Below are positions 42,849 through 50,499 of a stretch of 50,499 nt of DNA, piece after piece. Made by a program: the position numbers and the translations under genes. The number at the start of each line of letters is the position of its first letter. Position 1 is the stretch's first letter. The stretch comes from Cyanobacteriota bacterium (GTDB lineage: Bacteria > Cyanobacteriota > Cyanobacteriia > Cyanobacteriales > Nostocaceae), in the NCBI GenBank assembly GCA_046045965.1, contig JBJOKS010000031.1:1-50499 (forward strand). Reading direction: 5' to 3'. The notes beneath the pieces are model-generated. The model ran no database searches. It saw nothing but the letters and a program-made list of their open reading frames with translations, and had not been told where the DNA came from.

Positions 42849-42972
42849 TAAGTAAGTCGGTGGAAAAAAAACCGAAGTATGTAACAAAAAGTAAATTCAC
42901 CAAAACCCTCTTCTCCGTTCCCTGTTCCCTGTTCCCTTGTCATAACGACAATTTTTAACGCCTACCTACTTA
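42849..42972. mobile_element. TA-flanked MITE-like element with internal STRR
   Basis: TAAGTAAGTCGGTG ... CGCCTACCTACTTA imperfect terminal inverted repeats. Confidence 0.65.
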
Positions 42973-44012
42973 TCCTCATACAATTGCATGACTTGGGTTA
43001 AAGGTAATCGAGAATGAACCCCCAAGGTCAAAGGAGAAGTATGTCCACGGGATAGATGTTCTGCGGCAGCACAGCCTATCATGGCAGCGTTATCAGTACA
43101 CAATTTTAAGGGCGGGAAGAAAACCTGTAGATTATGTTCCGCTGCTGCTGCTTGTAAGTGTTTTCTTAGTCCGCTATTAGCTGCTACGCCTCCACCTATG
43201 GCAATTTTATTTAAACCATAGTCACGAGCTCCGGCGATCGCTCTTTTGGTTAAAGCTTTAGCTATAGTTTCTTGGAAGCTGGCCGCAATATCAGCTACGG
43301 GCAATTCTCCACCATCTTTCTCTAAATGCTGCACTAATCGTAACACCGCTGTTTTTAACCCACTAAAGCTGCAATCATAAGGATGATAACCCCCACCCGG
43401 TAGAGAAATTCTCCCTTCTGGTAGTGCAAAGGCTTGGGGATTACCTATTTGTGCCAACTTGTCAATAACTGGACCACCGGGATATCCCAGCTTTAATAAC
43501 CGCGCCACTTTATCAAAAGCTTCACCCGCAGCATCATCACGGGTTTCTCCCAGAGTTTCGTAGTTACCACAATCTTTTACATAAATCAAGCTTGTATGTC
43601 CGCCTGAAACGAGTAAGCTAAGAAATGGGGGATCTAAATTGGGCTGTGTCAAGTAAGTAGCGTAGATATGACCTTCGAGGTGATGAACTCCCAAAAAAGG
43701 TTTTTTATGCACCATCGCCAGGGTTTTAGCAGCCGTTAAACCTACTAATAATGCTCCTACAAGTCCTGGCGCACAAGTGGCAGCTATCCCATCAATTTGT
43801 TCCCAGTCCATCAAACTTTCATCCAGAGCTTGCGCTATGGCTTGATTAATTATTTCCAAATGTTGCCTTGACGCTACTTCTGGAACTACCCCACCATACT
43901 GCTGATGGACGGGGATTTGTGAGGCTATGATACTGCTACACACTTGACGATTCTTCACAATTGCCACAGCAGTTTCATCACAACTGGTTTCGATAGCTAA
44001 AACGGTTGTCAT
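42966..44012 (-). CDS. tsaD: tRNA N6-threonylcarbamoyltransferase TsaD
   Basis: [38 protein letters not shown]. Confidence 0.97.
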   Translation of the reverse strand: MTTVLAIETSCDETAVAIVKNRQVCSSIIASQIPVHQQYGGVVPEVASRQHLEIINQAIAQALDESLMDWEQIDGIAATCAPGLVGALLVGLTAAKTLAMVHKKPFLGVHHLEGHIYATYLTQPNLDPPFLSLLVSGGHTSLIYVKDCGNYETLGETRDDAAGEAFDKVARLLKLGYPGGPVIDKLAQIGNPQAFALPEGRISLPGGGYHPYDCSFSGLKTAVLRLVQHLEKDGGELPVADIAASFQETIAKALTKRAIAGARDYGLNKIAIGGGVAANSGLRKHLQAAAAEHNLQVFFPPLKLCTDNAAMIGCAAAEHLSRGHTSPLTLGVHSRLPLTQVMQLYEDK

Positions 44013-44222
44013 AGGGAACAGGGAATAGGGAACAGGGAACAGGGAACAGGGAACAGGGAACAGGGAACAGGGAACAGGGAACAGGGAACAGGCAGAAGGC
44101 AGAAGGCAGAAGGCAGGAGGCAGAAGTCATTAGTTATTGGTGAAAATCTTCCTCCCCTGCGTCCCCTGCGTCCCCTGCGTCCCCTGCGTCCCCAGTCCCC
44201 AGTAAAGAGTCCCTAGTCCCCA
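44013..44222. repeat. Mixed STRR block (AGGGAAC)n, (GGCAGAA)n, (CCCCTGCGT)n, (CCCAGTC)n between tsaD and psaF
   Basis: Tandem 7- and 9-mers read directly. Confidence 0.92.
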
Positions 44223-44385
44223 AACCTTACTTTTGGTTGCGAAGCTTTAACTTTTATTTACTTAAACTTTACTCGATTCCCAGCCAAGAGTATGATGACT
44301 TGCTAGTTATCCAAATTAAACATTGTACAAGCCGCTTCGTGTTGTACAAAGAACTTCTTGTTTTGTAATAAAAGGAAACAACTCA

Positions 44386-44880
44386 ATGAGACGATTGTTT
44401 GCTTTGATTTTAGCGATTGGTCTTTGGTTAAATTTTGCCCCTTCAGCTAACGCTCTGGGCGCAAACCTTGTACCTTGTAAAGACTCTCCCGCATTTCAAG
44501 AGCTTGCCCTAAATGCCCGTAATACCACCGCTGACCCAGAATCAGGCAAAAAGCGGTTTGAACGTTATTCTCAGGCTCTGTGTGGTCCAGAAGGCTATCC
44601 TCACCTGATTGTTGATGGTCGTCTAGACCGCGCTGGTGACTTTTTGATCCCCAGCATTCTCTTCCTCTATATTGCTGGTTGGATAGGCTGGGTTGGCCGT
44701 GCTTATCTACAAGCGATTAAAAAGGAATCTGATACTGAGCAAAAAGAGATCCAAATCGACTTGGGTTTAGCACTACCCATCATCACCACTGGGTTTGCTT
44801 GGCCAGCAGCAGCAATCAAAGAATTTCTCTCTGGTGAATTAACCGCTAAGGATTCAGAAATTACTGTTTCTCCACGCTAA
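44386..44880 (+). CDS. psaF: Photosystem I subunit III
   Basis: MRRLFALIL signal, [34 protein letters not shown]. Confidence 0.98.
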   Translation: MRRLFALILAIGLWLNFAPSANALGANLVPCKDSPAFQELALNARNTTADPESGKKRFERYSQALCGPEGYPHLIVDGRLDRAGDFLIPSILFLYIAGWIGWVGRAYLQAIKKESDTEQKEIQIDLGLALPIITTGFAWPAAAIKEFLSGELTAKDSEITVSPR

Positions 44881-44920
44881 TTCATCTGCGCTCACTCACT
44901 TGTTTTTGGAGACTACATTC

Positions 44921-45070
44921 ATGGCTGACAAAAGCGATCAATCATCCTATTTGATCAAGTTCATTTCTACAGCACCTGTAGCAGCTACTATCTGGCTGAC
45001 CATTACAGCAGGCATTTTGATCGAATTTAACCGCTTTTTCCCTGACCTACTTTTCCACCCTCTACCATAG
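44921..45070 (+). CDS. psaJ: Photosystem I subunit IX (49 aa, not in ORF track)
   Basis: [56 protein letters not shown]. Confidence 0.97.
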   Translation: MADKSDQSSYLIKFISTAPVAATIWLTITAGILIEFNRFFPDLLFHPLP

Positions 45071-45088
45071 GGTAAAAACGGGATTTGC

Positions 45089-45141
45089 ATCAGTAAACAG
45101 TACACAGTGATTTAACCAATAACTGATAACTGTTTACTGAT
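45089..45141 (+). terminator. Stem-loop between psaJ and psaL
   Basis: ATCAGTAAACAGT ... ACTGTTTACTGAT 13-bp inverted repeat. Confidence 0.5.
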
Positions 45142-45185
45142 CACTGATAAATGCCAACATTTTGAATTTAGAGGCAAGATACAAT

Positions 45186-45707
45186 ATGGCTCAAGCAGTA
45201 GATGCATCCAAAAATCTCCCCAGTGATCCCAGAAATCGGGAGACAGTTAGACCTGCTGGACGAAATCCACAGGATGGGAACCTAGAAACCCCAGTGAATT
45301 CTTCTCCCTTGGTTAAGTGGTTTATTGGCAACTTACCTGCTTATCGCCCCGGTCTAACTCCTTTTAGACGTGGTTTAGAAGTAGGTATGGCTCATGGTTA
45401 CTTGCTGTTTGGACCTTTTGCTAAATTAGGTCCCCTGCGGGATGCTCCCAATGCTAATTTAGCTGGTTTATTGGGTAGCATTGGCTTGGTTGTAATTCTT
45501 ACCGCCTGTCTATCCCTGTATTCCAATAGTAATCCTGCTCCAGCACTTCCCAGTGTGACTGTACCTAACCCACCAGTGGACGCTTTTAATTCCAAGGAAA
45601 GCTGGAATAACTTTGCTAGTGCTTTCTTGATCGGTGGTATTGGTGGTGCTGTAGTTGCTTACTTTTTGACTGGCAACTTGGCTATTTTCCAAGGTTTGAT
45701 CGGTTAA
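45186..45707 (+). CDS. psaL: Photosystem I subunit XI
   Basis: GNLETPVNSS, NLPAYR, RGLEVGMAHGY, GPLR. Confidence 0.98.
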   Translation: MAQAVDASKNLPSDPRNRETVRPAGRNPQDGNLETPVNSSPLVKWFIGNLPAYRPGLTPFRRGLEVGMAHGYLLFGPFAKLGPLRDAPNANLAGLLGSIGLVVILTACLSLYSNSNPAPALPSVTVPNPPVDAFNSKESWNNFASAFLIGGIGGAVVAYFLTGNLAIFQGLIG

Positions 45708-45785
45708 TTTGATTTGTGGTGATGGGTAATTGGTCATTGGTAATTTTTTAGTTATTTGTGGCAATTACCCATTACCGATTACCTC

Positions 45786-46388
45786 TTACCTATTACCAAA
45801 TAAGACCGTTTCAATTTGATTTAAAGCAGTCTTAAAATCGTCATTGACAATTTGAATATCAAATTCATCTGCGGCGTTAATTTCCTCTTGGGCGCGTTTT
45901 AGACGACGAGCGATCGCCTCTTCCGTGTCTTGTCCTCGTCCGCGTATCCGTTTCTCTAATTCTGAAAATGACGGTGGCAAAATAAAAATACTTAAGGCTT
46001 TAGAGAAGGAAGCGCGAATTTGTCTTGCTCCTTCTAGTTCAATTTCTAGGATCACCAGCTTACCAGACTGAATATGGTCTAGCACTGCTGCACGGGGAGT
46101 TCCGTAATAGTTACCAGCAAATTCTGCCCATTCCAAGAATTCTCCTTGAGCAACCAATTGTTCAAACTTGCTCCGGGTGATAAAGTAATAATTTTTGCCG
46201 TTAATTTCTCCTGGACGGGGAGAACGAGTCGTGACAGATACTGAATAATAAAGTTCTGGATGTAGTTGCAGGAGCTTTTGCATCAAAGTTCCTTTACCAA
46301 CTCCACTAGGACCAGTTAAAACAATCAGCTTGCCCAGGGACGGGCTTTCTTGGGTAGTAGCACCACTATGAATGGGTAAAACTTGCAT
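45786..46388 (-). CDS. gmk: Guanylate kinase
   Basis: [23 protein letters not shown]. Confidence 0.96.
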   Translation of the reverse strand: MQVLPIHSGATTQESPSLGKLIVLTGPSGVGKGTLMQKLLQLHPELYYSVSVTTRSPRPGEINGKNYYFITRSKFEQLVAQGEFLEWAEFAGNYYGTPRAAVLDHIQSGKLVILEIELEGARQIRASFSKALSIFILPPSFSELEKRIRGRGQDTEEAIARRLKRAQEEINAADEFDIQIVNDDFKTALNQIETVLFGNR

Positions 46389-46558
46389 TATCCGTTTAAC
46401 TTGTGAATTAATCAATAGATACTCTTTCCTAGTCTGGCTGGAGTTGTCAGCGCAACAAAGGACTAAGGAATTTGTAGCACCAGTGACAGAAAACTTGTCT
46501 AAGTTATATACTACAGCCGATATAGCAAAAATAGGGGGGTTGACAGCCCCACCTATAA

Positions 46559-46825
46559 TTAATTATCCGCAGTCTGATGGTCGCGGGAAATCACAAAGCG
46601 ATTTGCTACGGTTTCCGGCTGAATTGCTGATAAAACAACGTGGCTGGAATCAGTGATAATTACAGCCCTAGTCCGACGGCCATAGGTTGCATCAATCAGT
46701 TGCCCTCTGTCCCTGGCATCGGTAATAATGCGTTTAATGGGAGCAGATTCTGGACTGACAATGGCAACTACTCGGTTGGCGGAAACGATGTTACCAAAAC
46801 CAATGTTGATTAACTGAATATCCAT
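46559..46825 (-). CDS. remA: DUF370/RemA family protein
   Basis: [25 protein letters not shown]; upstream of gmk. Confidence 0.92.
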   Translation of the reverse strand: MDIQLINIGFGNIVSANRVVAIVSPESAPIKRIITDARDRGQLIDATYGRRTRAVIITDSSHVVLSAIQPETVANRFVISRDHQTADN

Positions 46826-47311
46826 AAAAAAAATAGGCGCTCAAGGCGCTCTCGAAAGTTTGTGATAAACATATTCTCATGTTATACCTAAAAAATGGGA
46901 GTTACAACGACTAAAGTCTTGATATCTTGAGTTTTTAAATCACAACTGCTGGCTTTTAGCTCTTTATCAGCTATAAATGCTAAAAATATTTCTAAAGATA
47001 TATGGAAAATTATATTCATAAGAGGTAGTCAAAAGTTTATATCAAATCATAGTCAAGAGACTAGATTGACTATTTGCAGGTTTATGTCGATTACATAAAA
47101 TACTACTGATTTTTTTATTTAAAGACTTGTATATTTGATACATTTTACTTGTATGTAGCAGTAGAGATATAGCCTAAATAATGGCATTTTCAGACGGATA
47201 CTGAAAATTATATATTGTAAGAGTTTGAGCGTAAGTTTACACCAATAAACACTGGTAAAGTCCAACACTATATTTGTATTTTTATTTAAGTGTAAATTAT
47301 ATTGTGTTGAT

Positions 47312-47863
47312 ATGACTGCTTTTGAATCAAACAATAAAAATGCTGTTGAAGTAGATGGTATTCGCTTTGAAACTATAGTTCCTGAGCGTAGCTACCGTCT
47401 ACCTAAATACGGAGATGGAGAAGAAACCCCTATTTAATTTGGTGTTCGCATTACTAATCAAACATCAACTCCATACCGTTTTGATTTGCCTCAGTTTTTT
47501 CCAGAAATATTAAATTCACACGGAAAGCCTTTGCACATGAGTTTTGCTCAAAATGCAACCAGAAAGGTAGAAGAAACAGATATTCTATTAATTATGCCGG
47601 GAGAGAGTTTTGAATTTTTGAAGGATGCCAAATTTAGCTGGTACAACAGAGATTGCATTGTACTTAAAGGTTTTGCATTTTATGGAGGAATTTGGAGTTT
47701 TTATAACTTCAAACCAGGTAAATATCAGATTCGGCTTACCTACGAGAATCTTCTAGTAAAACGAAGAATGCATCTTTTGATTGACAGAGATGGAAGAGAT
47801 GAAGTTGCTGAGTTTTGGACAGGTAAAATTACTACACCTTTAACAAGATTACTCCTCAGATAA
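47312..47863 (+). pseudogene. Paralog of the 48106-48840 gene with an in-frame nonsense codon
   Basis: MTAFESNNKNAVEVDGIRFETIVPE...EETPI*FGVRITN...; TAA at 47435-47437 where the paralog has Gln; the frame continues into the ORF 47486-47863. Confidence 0.85.
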
Positions 47864-47906
47864 ACCTAAATAATTTGGTATTAAACCCAAAACTAATAAT
47901 TTTTTA

Positions 47907-48206
47907 TAGCAGATTTTCATATTCTATATACTTACTCATTATTACTTACTTGCCTTACCCTCTATTCATAATGGAATTATTCAATATTTCCGTAAAAATT
48001 AGGTTATGTCAAAATCAAAAACACGGTAAATTGATTTGAGTTAAATCAAACCCATTATGTACTTGAATTTGTTCAACAACTCTCTCTAACCATAAGAATT
48101 ATCTCATGGGTAAATTATTGGCAACAGTTTTAGCCATGCTTCTGGAATTTATTGGCACAATGGTATTAAGCCTTATGCGAATAAGTGTGATGGCTAATGA
48201 AGACCA
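47907..48206 (+). repeat. 300-bp direct repeat, copy 1 (upstream region plus leader-coding start)
   Basis: Colinear with 50077-50376 at offset 2170, with an identical central stretch of over 100 bp. Confidence 0.95.
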
Positions 48207-48840
48207 AAAAATTGAGAGGTCAATTAATATGACTGCTTTTGAACCAAACAATAAAAATGCTGTTGAAGTAGATGGTATTCGCTTTGAAACCATAGTTCCT
48301 GAGCAGACTTTGTTATTACCAAGAAAAAATATGTTACGAAAAATTATGAGTATTTTGGAATATTTATTACCAATTCCACCAAGACATTTACCCTCCAAAT
48401 GTTCTGTACAAATTGGTATACGAATTACTAATAACACCTCAATTCCTCAACGATTTAGCTTTTATTTCACTTTATTTCCAGAACTTGTGAATACAAACGG
48501 GCCAGTTCCATTTGATGGTGGTTGGATTAGAGCTTCAACATCTTTGGAATCTGATTACCTTCTAGTCATGCCAGGAGATAGTTTTACCTTCTTTCCTAAA
48601 ATAGAACTCTTTTGGATTTGGGGTAATAGATTTGGACTTAGTTTCACCAATGGAGATAGTGGTACATGGATTTTTCAACCTCTCAAGCCTGGTAATTATC
48701 AGTTCCGATTTATTTATGAAAATTCAATTGAAAAAGCAAAAATATACAGTTCTGTGAGTACAAATATGAACTTAATAGAAGGTATTTGGACGGGTAAAGT
48801 GTTAACTCCGTTTGTGGAGTTAAATTTCTCAAAATCTTGA
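48106..48840 (+). CDS. Hypothetical beta-rich protein (alternative start ATG 48229 after GAGAGG)
   Basis: Intact ORF; shares RITN, MPG.SF, KPG.YQ.R..YEN and WTGK..TP motifs with the upstream pseudogene. Confidence 0.8.
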   Translation: MGKLLATVLAMLLEFIGTMVLSLMRISVMANEDQKIERSINMTAFEPNNKNAVEVDGIRFETIVPEQTLLLPRKNMLRKIMSILEYLLPIPPRHLPSKCSVQIGIRITNNTSIPQRFSFYFTLFPELVNTNGPVPFDGGWIRASTSLESDYLLVMPGDSFTFFPKIELFWIWGNRFGLSFTNGDSGTWIFQPLKPGNYQFRFIYENSIEKAKIYSSVSTNMNLIEGIWTGKVLTPFVELNFSKS

Positions 48841-48906
48841 AGTGAAGTTATATTTTGAACCTCACGAAAAATGACATTACTTTGAAACAAAAAAATATAG
48901 GAGCTA

Positions 48907-50079
48907 ATGAAAATGTTATCACGGCAATACTCTTTAGTGTTGTTTGCATCTACATTAATAGTTGCATTGACAAATGAGACTGGTGCAGCCTTTACTATTA
49001 TACCTTCAAATCCTTCCGATGTTGAGTTTTACAGAGAACAGTCTTTTGCCCAAGTTAGCCCTAATCGAGATGCCATAACAGTAATAGACAAGAGTCTATG
49101 GTATAACCCTCTTAGACGAGGTGGTACATTGTCATTCAATACAGCACTTAATCTCTGGTCTCTTGGATCTCAACAAGGCTTGTTTGGATGGGAGTTTCAA
49201 CGAGCTAAAAATGATTTAAAAGGCAGTTTTGAAATTTTAACTTATCAGGCTTGCAATCTTGGAGATGGCTGTGGTGGAGCTAGTACACCAATAGAAGACA
49301 TAGGTACAGGTGTTTTTCGCGGAGTTGGCTCTCTTTTCCATTTAAAGTATCATCCAGAAGAGGGTGATCCACAACCAGGACAAGGTAAACTCCATTGGAT
49401 TCAGGTAGTACAAGCTAATTATGGCAGGGGAAATCCTGGTGTACCTTTTGTATACGGTATTCCTTTCGTTGATAATGGTGGCAGAAAAGATACTCCTTAT
49501 TATGACTATCCAGGCTACCGTTTTGCGGGTGAAGACTTTTTTATGGATCGAGCCTACGCTGCTGGTATCAACAATGCTCGCAGAAATACTTACTTTACTG
49601 CACAACTCTTTCTAGTAGAAGAGACTACACTTCCTGGAAGCCAAAAAAGAACTGCTACAATTTACAACGGAATTAGATGGGGTTGGAAAAATAAAGTTAG
49701 CCGTCGTTCTTGTCCAGCTAAAAGTCTAAGCAAAAATTGTTCTCCACCACCACCGCCTGTTTGTACTGGTGGAAGTGGTGGTGGTGGATGTAACAAAACC
49801 ACTGCAACTAATTATGTTAACTATCAAGATGAAATATCACCATTTGATCTTGATAATGTGAACGATCTTGAATATAACTATTTATCATTTCTAGATTTTA
49901 ATGAAATCGCCTGGAATAGTGATAAAGAAGATTATTGGTATGATGATAACGAATACGCTGATTGGAATGAAGATAATTCCGAATCACCTACATCTGTACC
50001 CGAATCTACATCAACATTAGGACTGTTATTACTCAGTGCTTTTGTATTTATCAAATCCTTGACAATTACCAAAGACTAG
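48907..50079 (+). CDS. PEP-CTERM sorting domain surface protein
   Basis: Signal peptide, Cys/Pro/Gly linker, acidic stalk, VPESTSTLGLLLLSAFVFIK terminus; RBS AGGAG. Confidence 0.85.
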   Translation: MKMLSRQYSLVLFASTLIVALTNETGAAFTIIPSNPSDVEFYREQSFAQVSPNRDAITVIDKSLWYNPLRRGGTLSFNTALNLWSLGSQQGLFGWEFQRAKNDLKGSFEILTYQACNLGDGCGGASTPIEDIGTGVFRGVGSLFHLKYHPEEGDPQPGQGKLHWIQVVQANYGRGNPGVPFVYGIPFVDNGGRKDTPYYDYPGYRFAGEDFFMDRAYAAGINNARRNTYFTAQLFLVEETTLPGSQKRTATIYNGIRWGWKNKVSRRSCPAKSLSKNCSPPPPPVCTGGSGGGGCNKTTATNYVNYQDEISPFDLDNVNDLEYNYLSFLDFNEIAWNSDKEDYWYDDNEYADWNEDNSESPTSVPESTSTLGLLLLSAFVFIKSLTITKD

Positions 50080-50376
50080 CAGATTTCGATATTCTATATA
50101 CTTACTCATTATTACTTACTTGCCTTACCCTCTATTCATAATTGAGTTATTTAAGATTTCCGTAAATATCAGGTTATATGAAAATCACAAACACGGTAAA
50201 TTGATTTGAGTTAAATCAAACCCATTATGTACTTGAATTTGTTCAACAACTCTCTCTAACCATAAGAATTATCTCATGGGTAAATTATTGGCAACAGTTT
50301 TAGCTATGCTCTTGGGATTTATTGGCACAATGGTATTAAGCCATATACCAATAACTGTGATGGCTAATAAAGACCA
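50077..50376 (+). repeat. 300-bp direct repeat, copy 2, containing an interrupted gene start (ATG 50276)
   Basis: MGKLLATVLAMLLGFIGTMVLSHIPITVMANKDH* versus MGKLLATVLAMLLEFIGTMVLSLMRISVMANEDQ. Confidence 0.95.
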
Positions 50377-50499
50377 TTAGTGACAAGTTAAGGAAAAAGG
50401 GAAATTGTCAAGGGTGGTATTTGTAGTGGTCAAAAACATGGGAAACTCAATCTAGACAAGTAATTGAGCGATTGAGAGCAGCCATGACAACCAGCAAAA
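50375..50499 (+). mobile_element. Probable left end of an IS (IS4-like), running off the window
   Basis: Repeat similarity stops abruptly at CATTAGTGACAAGTTAAG, resembling cyanobacterial IS4-type termini as I recall them; an ATG opens at 50486. Confidence 0.5.

Noticed and set aside
44013..44222. Heptamer tracts here and at 841, 2869, 26956 and 42740 as a novel repeat system
   Set aside because: These are the well-known STRR repeats of heterocystous cyanobacteria
47119..47334. 71-aa minus-strand ORF (and 48099-48437)
   Set aside because: Non-ATG start, low-complexity AT-rich sequence, antisense to the partner-gene starts
47435..47437. Programmed stop read-through in the partner paralog
   Set aside because: A single C-to-T change (CAA to TAA) explains it; no recoding signal seen; a sequencing error cannot be excluded

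Overview
AT-rich chromosomal window from a filamentous, most likely heterocyst-forming cyanobacterium (Nostocales). This is indicated by abundant HIP1 octamers (GCGATCGC), heptamer STRR tandem repeats, hupSL/hyp genes and psaF-psaJ-psaL. In order it holds: ddl (partial), an O-methyltransferase and a PRK-family paralog; a co-oriented signalling/secretion block (DUF928, CHASE2 adenylate cyclase, PEP-CTERM protein, TpsA with an inserted P-domain, TPR-CHAT protease); the extended hyp operon with divergent, uninterrupted hupSL; an FHA / Ser-Thr kinase / Pro-Thr repeat / L,D-transpeptidase cluster; housekeeping genes (ftsH, prmC, tic22, tRNA-Pro, tsaD, psaFJL, gmk, remA); and a duplicated cassette region ending in a probable IS end. 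Best leads: (1) a 169-bp IS200/IS605-derived element reduced to ends, a promoter and an omegaRNA-like scaffold; (2) a repeat-bounded array of PEP-CTERM plus partner genes with a constant 5' end and variable 3' end; (3) a canonical NtcA class II promoter ahead of the FHA-kinase cluster; (4) HupS with Asp15/Glu200 where cyanobacterial HupS usually has Asn/Gln; (5) a decayed C-protein/BglII-like restriction module fused to a truncated NifU-like gene inside the hyp operon. All family assignments come from motif recognition by eye; no searches were run.
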